Source of the DNA: Octopus vulgaris
Lineage: Eukaryota
NCBI GenBank assembly: GCA_951406725.2
Contig: OX597837.1
Location: 15,004,001 to 15,068,000 of the forward strand
DNA: 64,000 bases
Direction of reading: 5' to 3'
In this document: positions 27,240 through 40,309 of the stretch, piece by piece
How positions within the stretch are numbered: the first letter of the stretch is position 1
Layout: each line of letters begins with the position of its first letter
Notes under the pieces: generated by a model
Told to the model about the DNA's origin: nothing
Database searches by the model: none
The model's input: the letters and a program-made list of their open reading frames with translations, nothing else
Program-made: the position numbers and the translations under genes

Positions 27240-28661
27240 TTCTGCAAGCTCCTTTTAGTTTTCATCTACGAAATCCACTTACAAGGCTTTGGCCAGTCCA
27301 GGGCTATCGTGGAATACACTTTCCCAAGGTGTCACGTAGGGGTTCATCGTTTAGCATTCAAATTAACTCTGTCAAATCTGATGCTTTATTCACTCACGTT
27401 GTTTTCAATTAGTCATGAATTAATTATCTCATAGCTTCAAGATTTTCATGATGTGATCGTATATTTTTAGAATGACATTGTAGGATAGGTGTGAGAGGCT
27501 GGATACGACCAGTTTAAATGCTAAATGGTTAAACCATTTCTTAACCACACAGCCCTGCCCACACCCATGGATACTGCTTACAATGTTTTTCCCCTTTTTT
27601 GTCTTGCAAGATACCTCGTGACCCTGTTGATGGTGGCTCCACATAAAAAGTACCCAGTACACTCTGTGAAGTGGTTGGCATTAGGAAGGGCATCCAGCTG
27701 TAGAAACCAATCCAAAACAAACAATGGAGCCTGGTGCAGCTCTCCAGCCTTGCCAGCCCCTGTCTAACCGTCCAACCCATGCCTGCATGGAAAACAGACA
27801 CTAAATGATGATGATGATGTATAGCAACCAGAAATATCTCTTTTAGTCGTTAGTCATTTCATTTAATGAATTAATATCATGAGATGAGATTTTACAAAAA
27901 AATTAACGTAAGTCCTGATGGCTTTATTCAGGATTATTAAACGACAAAACTGATGTGCTAATTATAGCCAGGGCAATTGCTATTTACATAATTGCACATA
28001 ATATTCGGTATTTAGATAAATACTGCTTTCATTGAAATAATCCATTTTTATTGAGGCTGTAAAGCTATTTATTGGTGAGTAATTGTTCGACTTTCATTGA
28101 GCCAATCTTTGCTGAAGAGGGAACCAACATATCAAATTTAACATTTCAGAGAATGATCTGTAGATTTTTCTAGTACACCGGTTGACCCATATTTCTATAT
28201 TGCCTGGGAATTTGTTAACGATATTGGCTGTGTGTGTGTGTGATACAGAATATCATCTGAACACATTACATTCAGTTTGTTATCTCTCAAACCTACCTTT
28301 TCTGTAATTGACTTGTCAACACATGAGCCTCTATGCAGTCATTCCACCTGCTAGAAATAGCAACCAATTTCTCTCATATCATTCCCTATTATCTTGAAAG
28401 GGAATGGACCAAAAGATAGGGCAACCATGTGTAAAATATCTTTTAAGCCTTAAGTTGACTAACTGGGTCTGATCTGGGCCTAAACAACATTTTTTTTTTT
28501 ATAATGTATGTATGTCAGTGGAAGAAGCTGATGTTTAGGAGGTGGTGGTGGTGGTGGAGTGTTTTAATCTGTTCCGTTAATTAGTCTAACAAAAATATAA
28601 ATTAAATTTCCTGCCATATACGTTTCCAGACAATTTATTACTAAGCAGAATGTCGTTCAAG

Positions 28662-28885
28662 TGTTGTTTAGCCCCAGGCCAACCATGATTGAGTAGACTT
28701 ATAATGGAAGACATTCCAGCTATAATTATCCCATCTTATTTTCAGACACTCTATCCACGACTAAGACACAAATTGTGTCATGTCTCTCTTTTTTTTTTTT
28801 TTTTAGATGATAGTGTGTAGTTTGAGAAAAATTTAGCTGCTTTTTCTAACAGATCAAGTGGCAATGCAGAGGCTCCCTCATTAGC
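28662..28885 (+). repeat. Old interspersed repeat family F
   Basis: Motifs TTGTTTAGCCCCAGG...CATTCCAGC...GCTATTTCTAGCAG...AGAGGCTC recur at about 9830, 11685 and 20780 (+), and 22390, 28325 and 61330 (-). Class not determined. Confidence 0.6.
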
Positions 28886-28893
28886 TCACTTAG

Positions 28894-29124
28894 TTAACCC
28901 GTTCAGCATTTAAACCACTCAAATCCAGCCAATATTCTAGCGGTTTTATGTTCAAATCAGCTAGATCCGACCTCTCACACCAACCCAACAATGTCATTCT
29001 CTAAAAGTAAGCAGCCTTGCCTTCAAAATCTCAAAATTGCAAGTTAATGCCTGATTAATACCAAACAGTGTGAATAAATAAGCTTCACATTTGACAAGAT
29101 TAATCTGAATGCCAAAAGGGTTGA
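28894..29124 (+). mobile_element. piggyBac-type MITE family 2 (~230 bp)
   Basis: TTAACCCGTTCAGCATT ... AATGCCAAAAGGGTTGA termini. Inverted copy at about 27343-27532 and a fragment at about 52488-52590. Confidence 0.65.
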
Positions 29125-29562
29125 GTGACCGACGTGAGAAACTGAATATCAAATTGTTTTTTTAACCAGTTCGTTACTGGTCAGTTTGTTATTGCTCATT
29201 AACAAACCTTCTTGACCACAAAGTATTCTCTGTGGTTGGGGCTGTTGTTATTTGAAGTCACTTTCAGTCGAATTATCTTTACTCTGTGTTCACTGCTTCT
29301 AAACAGTTATGACAACCAGAATATTTTATTTGCAATTAAATTTATAAATACATCTTTTGATTTCAACTTTTAATTATCAGCTGTAAAGGTTATCAATCAT
29401 TCACATGACATCAGTTTATATTTTAAAACCATAAAGCTATTTAAGGGTGCAGTTTTGTGTCACTCAGGGATTGTTAAATATGTAGTAGCCTGATTGATGT
29501 GTTGCCCCTAAATTGCTCTGTTTATATTTAGCAGTCATACCATATATATATATATATATATA

Positions 29563-29851
29563 TTTCGCTCTTGCGTCTCACGTTTGATCTTTGACTTCTG
29601 GCCGAAATCAGATCGCCATGTTGATTCGTTAGCCTCTGCACGCATTTTTTTCTCTCCTTCTTTCTGTGTTTTTTCTCTGTGTATCTTTCTGTTGAAGAGC
29701 GTAGGCTCGAAACGTTAAAGACTTGTTTTATTTATATTTCCTGAGCGCCATACTAATACAATTGTTTGTCTGTATTCCACCTGCCTTCGTCTTTTGTTTA
29801 TTTCCGTAAACCTGCCTTCGTCTTTTGTCTATTTTCATAAAGCTTCCCGTT
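29563..29851 (+). mobile_element. Penelope-like pLTR remnant carrying a hammerhead, inserted between (TA)n tracts
   Basis: CpG-retaining ~290 bp segment bounded by (TA)n on both sides, with a minimal type I hammerhead as described for PLE pLTRs. Related copies at about 15935-16130 (-) and 62150-62280 (+). Confidence 0.55.
29684..29721 (+). ncRNA. Type I minimal hammerhead motif, CUGUUGA variant
   Basis: TCTTT-CTGTTGA-A-GAGC(GTAG)GCTC-GAAA-CG-TT-AAAGA: perfect stems I and II, palindromic stem III, A6 replaced by U. Confidence 0.65.
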
Positions 29852-29854
29852 ATA

Positions 29855-29900
<46 letters not shown>

Positions 29901-30606
29901 CATGAAGTAGTTTTAATTCTGCAATTATTAATCATTGAAAGATGTAAAGGAAAAGCAAACAGGATCTAAAATGTTGCAAACTTATCCTGAGTGATGCTGG
30001 AATCTATGGAAGCACATTTAGACAAATACAGACTGTCGTATGTTTTCCAGGAGCAATAGAAATCAGATTAGCCACACACGAGTTACTTCGGATTTCACAT
30101 GATTGTTTTAATGTCCACTTTTCCATATTTGCACACGAGTTGGATGGAGGTTAATGAGACAGATTTTCTACGGCCAGATGCCCTTCATGTGACCAACCCT
30201 CACCTGTATCCAAGAGAGGTTTGTTTGACACATTTTTGCAGAATATTGGAAAGGAACGTCAACGCTTGTGTGACAGGGACACTCATTTACAGCCATCAAG
30301 TAATTTCAAGACAAGGACACACGGACACACACACACAAAAACCAATGCCCCCCCATCCATCACTGAACAATGGGCTTTCCATTGCCCAAATCCACTCAAA
30401 GCTTTGGGCAGCCTAAGGCTACAGTAGAAGTTCCTTGTTCAAAGTGCCATGTAGTGGGACTGAACCTGAAATATATGTATATATTAAAACTGATGTAATA
30501 CTTACAGTGTTTAATAAAATGAAGTAGCATGAAAAGATTGTACTACACTACCTCGGATATCCTTGTTGCTTATTTTGATTATATATATACATATATATAT
30601 ATATAT

Positions 30607-30713
30607 AACTGGGGTCTGGGAAGCCAGAAGGCTGCACCAGGCCCAGTTTAATCTGAAACATTGCCAGATCAAACTGGGCCTGGTGCAGCCTTCTGGCTTC
30701 CCAGACCCCAGTT
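30607..30713. repeat. 49-bp near-perfect inverted repeat (fold-back of a family B copy)
   Basis: 30607-30655 is the reverse complement of 30665-30713 with one mismatch. Confidence 0.95.
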
Positions 30714-33700
30714 GAACCGTCCAACCCATGCTAGCATGGAAAGCGGACGCTAAACGATGATGATGATAATGATGATATATATATATATATATATATTTAT
30801 ATCTTATAATGGCTAGCATCATAGGTCAGGCATAAATGTTGAACTGAAAGCTGTAATATCTTCTAAAATTGGGTATTTATTTAGACTGCAGGATTTCATA
30901 CCGAAATAACTTTTTGTGGCGGGAGGGAAATCCTGCTGTCTACGGGAGTGTATTCAGGGACAAGAAAGGAGCCTTTCTATCCCCTTTTGTGAGACAGATG
31001 TTACAGAGGAGATTTGTTCACAGCCTGTGTTTGACAGTTTTATCAGAGCAAGAATTAACAAGAGAGATGTTACTTTATCAGCGTTATCAATGGAAAACAT
31101 TTGTACTTCTCCTACGAAAACAAATACAATAAAACAATACAAGTGTTGATTCAAATATATCGTGGATGTGGGGGGTGGAGTGATATTTGGTAATTGTATC
31201 CCCCCGGCTGCCTTCACTCCACCACCCACAGAACAATGCCATTATCAAAGCATTTAAGTGTTGTTGTTTTTTGTCATCGTTTGATTGTGGGATTGTGTCA
31301 GTATCTGTTCCGGAATCTTAGGCTTTTATTTTGCTTTTATCGGTGATAATTTAACAAAATGCTTCTATCTTAAAAAGGAAAATTTCTATCCTTTTAACAG
31401 TTTGTTTTTGTATTCAGTACGTTAACATTAAATACACTAATGACAATAATTAATTAAAACGAATATGAAGAACTTTATAATTTCTGTGAATGTTATTACA
31501 TCTGTTGGTTTTCAAGGTGCAAAAAGTAGAAAATCAGCTTGCGTCATACAGATGCAAATGTTTAGGTTAGTAATTTAATAAGGGTTCAAAAGGGGTCTGT
31601 CTGTCTTACAAGCTACCAACTGAAGTATTCAAGTTTCCATTTATATTAAAAGTATTTAGCTGTTCCTGTTAATGATTGGTACCATTTTAGCATTCATAAA
31701 TCTACCTGGCCATTTACACTTTAGTGTCCAGTCTAACCCCAGCCCTGAACCCTGACCCAGGTCGGGTCATTTTTCAATGTAGTCTATGGATATTGTGATG
31801 GCCTACAACGCTACAGTAGCGCCTAACGGTTTCTGCCAATATTCATTATATCTCTTGTAAAGCCCAGAATACAACAGGTTTTTGTGTCAGGTGAGCTACA
31901 GGCCATAGGAAAACCTGATGTAAGAGACCACCATTTTGTCTAATGTGTCTACTTTGTCGGCCCAGGATTTAAAGCAGAAGGCATGGAGAGCTAAAGGAAT
32001 CTTAGTGAGATTTGAAATCAGAATGTCTGCCCCCAGAACAAATATAGCAGTGCACTTCCATCCAAGAGTCTGATGCCTTTGCCATTTTACTTCCTTTCAA
32101 AATTAAAAATACTTCGGGAGTGTGTTTTATGAAAATATGGTGGTAGAAGGGTTACAGGAGGGATATGAAATAACTGCCATTTCTAAAGTGATTTAATCAA
32201 ATTCTGACTAAATCTAAGATTATTATTTTTATTTTTATTCGTTTTAATTCAAAGAACATACTAAACTTCTAGTTTTGAGATTACTAACAGAGAAAAAATT
32301 TTCACTCACAAGAATTATTTTTCATTTCAAAATTCTAAATATTTTGTTAAGATTCCACGACATTCCACAACGAAACAATTTTCAAAAAAATATCAGGCAT
32401 TTAGTGGTATGATGGGTGGGGAGAGAAAACAGCGAAACTTTTTTTTCAATGGCATCAGGTGAAGTGAGTCATGGAAAAGAATCTTTCACAACGGCTCTAT
32501 CTGATTCTTCTGTCTGAATCAACAGACATTCTTAGAGGGGGAGAGATAACTTTGATGGAGGAAGCGGTTAAGAGAAATAGAAGAATCCCAAAAGTCATTC
32601 TTCTAATAAAATAGATGAAAAAAAATTTTTATTTTTTTATTTTTAAGATTAAGTGAAGAGAAAAAGAAAACTCCAAGACATCTGCTCTTTGATTATAAAG
32701 AGAGATGATCTGATGGGAGAGGATGATGAAGTGGGGGAGAACTGTCAGTAGCTTTATATTTTAATCTTTGAGTCTCAGAGAATGGGAATAATCTGAAATA
32801 TCCATCCCCACCCAACCATACCCCTCCCCGCAAAAATAGCAGGTAGCATTACGATTTAACACTTCAACTATATATATATACTAATGAAAATTACAAAGTT
32901 TTATAATTAAAATGTATTTTGTTTTTTTTGGTTTTAAGTTTTGTATTTAAAAAAGAAAAACAGATAAAAACCTGTCTGATGGGGTTGATAAAAGGGTGTG
33001 TCTTTAAAACCAGCCACCTCTGAGGTGTTGCAGTGTTTTCGTTGTAACCAAGTGGGGAGTCGTAATAACTCACCTTCAACATAAGTTTCCCCATATATCG
33101 CAGTTTGTGTCTTTAAAAATAAACAAATCCATCGAAATCTGTACTTTGTGACAGACTAAATAAACAGAGGCTGGGAAAAAAACCTCTTCAATATCAATCA
33201 GTTTTGTTTTCTTTAGTTCAAGTCTTGGGGGTGGATTTGGTGGATGGAAACTGAAAGGAGCTTGTGTGTGTATGCGTGCGTGCGTCCGGGTATGTGTGAA
33301 GGCTCATGGCCTAGTAATTAGGGTGTTGCACTCGTAATCACAAGATTGTGGTTTCAATTCCCAGACTGGCAGTGCATTGTGTTCTCAAGCAAAGCATTTC
33401 ATTTCGTGTTGCCCCAGTCCACTCAGCTGTAAGTGAGTGACCTTTTGATGGACTGGCATCTCTTCCAGGGGGAATGTTGGCCCGCCTTCCTGCCAAGCTT
33501 GCAGGGCGGCATCATTCAAAAGCTTAAGCAATGTGAAGAAGCACATTGTGACCAGTGGTGTGTAACATCTGAGAGTCTGGTCAATAGGGATGTGTGTGTG
33601 TGTGTATGTACATATGTATGTTGTCTTGACATCATATGATTGTTGTAAATGAGTGTCACTGTCATACAAGCAGTATCGTTTGTCAAATTCCTGCAAAAAT

Positions 33701-35737
33701 ATGTCTGACTATGGCTAAGGAAAAAAATGACCTTATTTGGAAACCAGTGATGGTTAGTGACAGGGAGAGCATCTGGCTATAGAAACATTTGCCTTAAATT
33801 CCGTCCAACCCATGCAAGCACGGAAAAGCAGACATTACAGCAATGATGGTGATGATAATGATGATGATGTTGAAAGTACACATTTAATATTTCTAAGCTT
33901 TTATTTCACCTCCTGTCTTTTGTTATGAGTTTGAATCATTGTTTGAGGAGGAAGTACTTAATTTCCTCAGTCTGCCTGGCTGACAAATAGCTTCACCATA
34001 CACTTTACTGATGAGTCACCAAACCAAAGAAGGAAGGTCATACAACTGCAATGAGTTAGTCCTATTGATTTTAGAATTTACAATAAGACATGCCATTGTG
34101 GTTAAGAAGTTTGCTTTGTAGCCACATTGTTCTGATTTCAATTCCACTTCCTTGACTTTTATCAGTCTTGGGTTGACCCCCTTTTCAATGAAATTTGATT
34201 GATAGAAATGCTGTAGAAGCCAGTCAAATGTGTGTATGATTCCCAGCTACATGGTTCCAAGTTCTGTCCCTCTGCATGGCATCTTTGGCAAGTGTCTTCT
34301 ATTATAGCCCTGGGCCAACCTAATCTTTGTGAGTGGATTTGCCAGACAGAAACTGTGAAAGAAGCCTGTTGTGGTCATGATATCTTGTGATGGTTGCAAG
34401 CAAACACCACCACATATGGTGCTTCTTCTGGTGGAGTGTTGGTGACAGGAAGGGCTTCCAGCAGTACAAAAATCTGCTCCAACAAATTCTCTCTTGACCC
34501 ATAGAAGCATGGAAAAATGGACATTAAACGATGAGGATATTTCATGTATGGGAATTGTACTTTCCTGAAGACAGAAGTTTACTGCAGTCAAAGCCATGGC
34601 CTCCACAACCAAATATTCACACTGCTATTTATACGGTCAGCTTATTAATTCATCAGTAAATGAATAGACGAGTTGGCTGAAAAGTAAAGAATTGACAAAA
34701 CTTGTGTTTGGTGGGAACAAGTTTATAAGTCAAATCCCACCTAAACCAAAATAGCTTGTTTAGGATCGATAACATGGAAAAGACTTGGTGGTGGTGGTGA
34801 ACCAGACAGGGTGTATAACATAGCAGTTCACTGGTGATTCACCTTGACGTTCTGAAGCTCAAATTCTTTTTGAGAAGTTTCACTGTGGGAAACCTGATAT
34901 CTTAGTTATTTCACGACTTTTTCGATGTCATGGGGTGATTGATTTTTCAAAGTTGACCAATGTTATAGCTGACGTTCAACCTTAGGTTGGCCTCCAGTTG
35001 TGCGAAGCTATCAAAGACATTCCAGCATTTGAGTGTTTTGTTTTGAGTTTATTTCTAGAGACACAGATTGAGATGTTTGCTTGACAAAACTGGGGCGGGG
35101 GCATCCAGGCTGTAGAGAATCTGTCTCAATAAACTCTGTCTGACCCATGCTCGCATTCTCATCTGTTTCCAAGCGTCATAACACTTCTCCGGTGACAAGA
35201 CATGCTCTCGCAAAATATTAGCAGTCAATGACACTACTGGCATGACGGTGGCGGCAAACATTTACAACAGTTATGTATTGTCACGCCAAACAAATACAAG
35301 CATATGCACAGTCACACACACACACACACACACACGAACAATGGCATTCTTTCAGTTTCAATCTATGAAATCCACCCTCAAGGTTTTGGTTGGGTTATAG
35401 TTGCAGACATTTGCCCAAGGTGCTGTGCTGTGGGACTGAACCCAAAAACCTTGTTGTTGCACACTGAACTTTTTAACCACAAAAATGTGATAAATCATTT
35501 TAAATGTCAGCTCACTCTTTTGGCCTTTGTTTTTTTAGGAGGGTGGTTTTTTTGTTTCCATGGTTACATTACAATTTCAGAAGTAATAGAAAATAAATAG
35601 AAATTTTGTTGATATTCTTGTGCTCTTAAAAGTTCTATGCACCCAGTAGCCTGTGAATCAAACTGGTTATGTCTTATCAGAATGTACCAGTTGCAAAAAA
35701 AGAAGAAAAAGAAATACTAAATGTTACATTTAATAGG

Positions 35738-35770
<33 letters not shown>

Positions 35771-36652
35771 TGCTTTTCTCAAGAGTCACCTTTCTCATAA
35801 TCTGACTCAAACACTAACCATAAACTTATCTCTGCTGATTTTATTGCTCAAAACCTCAAAACTTTCTCCTGTACAGCTTTTTTTATATTTCTCATCCTAT
35901 TTTAATCACCTGTAATTAGCGTCTTCTGCTTGATTATTCATTTTAATTTGTGAGAAATTGCAACTTAAAACTCCACATTAACATGGTAATGGAAATATCT
36001 TGTGTGTGTGTGTGGTTAGTTTAGAATTATTATCAGCTTTGCATAATAAACATCTGGTCTTATCTATCGTAGTATACTGAACCTATTGGCAAAATGTTTC
36101 ATAGATAAACAAACGTTCTTTTATTTTTATTTATGGCATTAACGATATCTATATTTAATTTTCTGAAATTATGTCAAACAAAATTTCTAGATAAAGGGAG
36201 AGATAAACAGCTTGCAAAGTACTAATATACTGTAGTGTATATCGGTCAATATAATGGTGTCTAGTTTAGGTAGAAGATCTGGAGGGTTTTGAGGGGAGAG
36301 TTCTTAGTTGTGACACCATCGATCTCTCCACATGCACACTGAAAAGGTAAAAGGATGAATAGACTTTGGCAGGATTTGAACTCGGAACATAAGGAGCCGG
36401 AACAAATATCTAAAGGCATTTTTTTTTTTTCCCCTCAGTGCTGTAACAGATCTACCAATTCACTACTTTTATGTAGATGAAGGTAAATTTTACATATGTG
36501 AGATGCTATGACAGGTGCAACCTTTGGATCAGGAAGCACATCTGACCCATGCAAGCATAGGAAAGTGGACGTCAAAATGATGATGATGATAATGGTGATA
36601 TATGTATCACGTGATCACACGACCAACCAGACTATTGAATGGTGTTATACAC

Positions 36653-36688
36653 ATCACTGAGGAAGTTCAAGACAGAAACATGTCTGTT
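36653..36688 (+). ncRNA. Type I minimal hammerhead motif
   Basis: ATCA-CTGAGGA-AGTT(CAA)GACA-GAAA-CATG-TC-TGTT: intact core, palindromic stem III and GUC; one mismatch in each of stems I and II. Confidence 0.5.
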
Positions 36689-37916
36689 AACTGGCTGTGT
36701 CGGAATTATCTCCCTTGTTTTTAGATTTTAAACCACCACCACCCTCCCCAGAGGAAGTTTCATCTACTAATTGCTTAGGTAATCTCAGTCCAAGTTTTCC
36801 CACTCTGCCATAACTACACACAAGACCCAACCGTATTCGTATGTAAACATTCCCTTGTTGTTTTACGCATCCCCTTACTCGGACCCGTTCTATGCAAATG
36901 AATGGATGTGGATCTGTTTGTATGAATTTCTTTCTGGTCTTTACATGCTTCTTCTATTCTAGAATTGGTCTCTGGCAGACAAAGCTGTTTTCTTAGAGAT
37001 TAACCAACAACAAAGCTACAGATTTAAATTACGACCTTTTCTTCTTCTCTTTTTTTTCATCTTATTCAAACATTAATCCCGAATTGTGTTTCTCCATTTG
37101 TCTGGCTTTTCATAGTTTGCAATGTTCTCCGTCTTGTTAGAAGGTATGTCTTTCCTACATTTGATGGTCTAGCTTTTTTTCTTTTCTTTTTTTTTTTTTG
37201 TTTCCCTCCCACTTAATCACCGAAATTCAGGTCACTTCTTGTTGGTGAATGTTAAAGAAGCATAACTGCATAAAATCTTGTTATTTGGCCAAATATGATT
37301 ATGATCTTAGAGAGATATGTGTGTGTGTGTGTGTGTGTGTGTGTAACTGGGACGCTACAATCAGGGAGATAAAGATTACATAGATCCTGCAGTTATTCAT
37401 CATGAGTACTTTTTTTTTTTTGTATTTTTGTATTTTGGGAGTTTTTATTTTTCTTTCTTCCGTCTGACCTTTCGTACAACATTCGCATCAGTTTGGCGAC
37501 TTAATTCCTCAATGGTGCAGTGTTTTTTTTTTTGGGTACTTTTTCTTCTCGGTGGGGGTAGGTGGGGGGACGGTCTAATTTTTAACTTTCTTTTAGTCTG
37601 TTATGTTTGTATATGATAAAATTTTTGATTAAAAATGTTATATCAATATTGCTTGCTTTCAAAAAGAGAGAGAGAGAGAGACAAACAGACAGACAGAAAG
37701 AGATAGAGAAAGTGATGCAATCTCAAAAGTAGGAACCATTACTACCAATTTTCTGGGGTTTTTTTATTCCTTAGATATAGAATGGTACAAGAGATTTAAT
37801 AGGAACACAAGACTCCACCTTCTTCACAGGATGTTTCTTCAAAGCTTTCTTATTTTATATATTTACTTTAACTTTTTTTTTTGTTCAGCTTATATTTATC
37901 CATGAGTACATTTCAC

Positions 37917-37957
<41 letters not shown>

Positions 37958-38853
37958 GCATACACACATGTATGTATACATGTATATATATAGCTTATAT
38001 TTATCCATGTGTACATTTCACTTTACATATATATATATGCATACACACGCGTGTGTGTATGTGTACATATGTATATATGTATATGTAAAAGGCTTCTGAA
38101 GTCTCCCAGCCCCTTTCACATCCTAAACTGGCTCAATACGAAACCCGTGAAGCTAGGGTTAAGCTGGGGGGGTGGGAGCTTTTTTCCTTTTTTTTTTTTG
38201 GTTTGTTTCTTCTTCTTCTTCTTCTTGAAGCTTTTGAATGTAAGAATTTGAACCATGTACATTTGCATGCAAGAAAATAGAGCAGATGTTGTACTTAACT
38301 GCCAAACTTCATTTTTCAAACCTTTCCCCCCACCCTCACCCCCCGCCACCACCAATTTTAAGTAGGGACCCTTCAAACCAGTACTTTTAAAACAGTCATG
38401 TTTTGCTCAGCCTCAATTCTACTTCAGCCTTTTTTTACTGGCTCCAACGTCTGGAAACTTCATGACAATGTGATGAAATTAACTCTCGGAAGTTTACACT
38501 TAACTTATTTGATGTCTGTAATCTGGCAAACAGCAAACAGGCTTCAAGCCTTAATGTGTGAGAGAGAGAAAGAGAGAGAGACATGGATGTATGTGTATAT
38601 ATAAGAAAGAAATAGACAGAAATATGCAAATATATATATGTGTGTGTATGGAGAGAGAGAGAGACATAGACACAGTGTATCTCCACCCTCGCCCTCTTGT
38701 AATATCACTTTAGCTCACATTGCTGGTTTCCTTTGGTTTAATTGTTTGTATTTTAACTAGTAAGGCCACCACCATCACCACCAGTGGTACTGCTGGTGGT
38801 GGTGTAGTAGTCTTAAGTGATCTTGGCTGGTCTTGAAGCCTTTACTTGTAGTC

Positions 38854-38940
38854 ATGACTGACAATGGTACGAGTGAGACCAACTTAACAACCGCTTGTTC
38901 AAAAGCATCGTTCAATGTCTGCGATTGTGCTGAACATCGT
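38854..38940 (+). CDS. Candidate upstream (first or alternative) coding exon of the DPYS/CRMP gene (MTDNGTSETNLTTACSKASFNVCDCAEHR)
   Basis: gtcATG with a purine at -3, 29 open codons ending exactly at a phase-0 donor CGT|gtaagg, compatible with the phase-0 acceptor at 43136. Several CpGs retained locally. Possible acceptors at 38760 and 38851. No homology support. Confidence 0.45.
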
Positions 38941-39375
38941 GTAAGGTTATTTTCATATTCCTTCTTCATCAACTTTTACATCATGTAAATATTCCAATTT
39001 TTCTATCTTTCAATATTTACTTGTGGTCCTTTTTTTTTAATTTTTTTTTTTTTTTTGCTTAGAATTCTTTAGCCGTGTCTTCAGTTTTCATAATTGCCAT
39101 TCATGGTTTTGGGTTTTTCTTTTGTTTCTTTGTTACCTACTCTATGCTCCAATGCTAATTTCACCAGATTTTAACAGCCAATCGTATAACTGGTTCATAT
39201 TTTTCAAATACTTCGTAATATCTTAAGTGGTAATTTAAAATCGTGTGTGGACATATGTTCATTGTTAATTTCTCTATAGCCGCTGTGTGTGTGTGTGTGT
39301 GTGTGTGTTGCAAGATTCCTGATGTGAAATCATGTGTTGAAACGGATATTGTCTTATATATATATATATATACAC

Positions 39376-39422
<47 letters not shown>

Positions 39423-40267
39423 TACATTTATATGTCGATAAACATGTACATGCACATCTGTATACAGAAAGTTATACACACACATACATCTGTACATAGA
39501 TATACATACACATATATATATATATTGATAGATATATGCATACACACACACACATATATATATAGTGCATGTATTTCATGGACATCCGTGTAATGTACAT
39601 ACTGTTATATATACAGATTCGTATAATGTTATCCCACAGTAAGAAGATGCACCATTTTAATACTTACTATAAAACTCTCTCTCTCTCTCTCTCAATATAT
39701 ATATATATACACACTATGCATATTTTGAGTGAAAATAATTACATAGTATTATTAAGCTGCAAAGATTTTATTTTCTCCTCGTTATAATGTAATAAAGCTT
39801 TGTCGTTTTTCTTTTTAACTTATATCAATATATTCTACATGAAATTAATTATTATTAAAACCTTGCATTTGGATTATCACAGATTATCTTTTCTTGTAAC
39901 AGCTCTGCAACATTGCAAGTTATTTATGGCATTTTAAGGCCCTTTTTTTTCCAAACAATTTAGACCCTAAAACTGAGATTCATTTTCTACATGGTAGTAT
40001 ATTATGCATCAACTTTTTACATTCCAGTACTTCATTACCATTATTATTATTATAATTAAGGTGACGAACTGGCAGAGTAGTTAGCATGCTGGTCAAAATG
40101 CTTAGTGGTATTTCACTTGTCCTTACATTCTGAGTTCAAATTCCACTGAGGTCGACTTTGCCTTTCATCCTTTCGGGGTTGATGAATTAAGTGCCATTGA
40201 AGCACTGGGGTCAATGAAATTGACTTGTCCCCTCCCCCAAAATTTTAGGCCTTATACCTTGAGTAGA

Positions 40268-40309
<42 letters not shown>

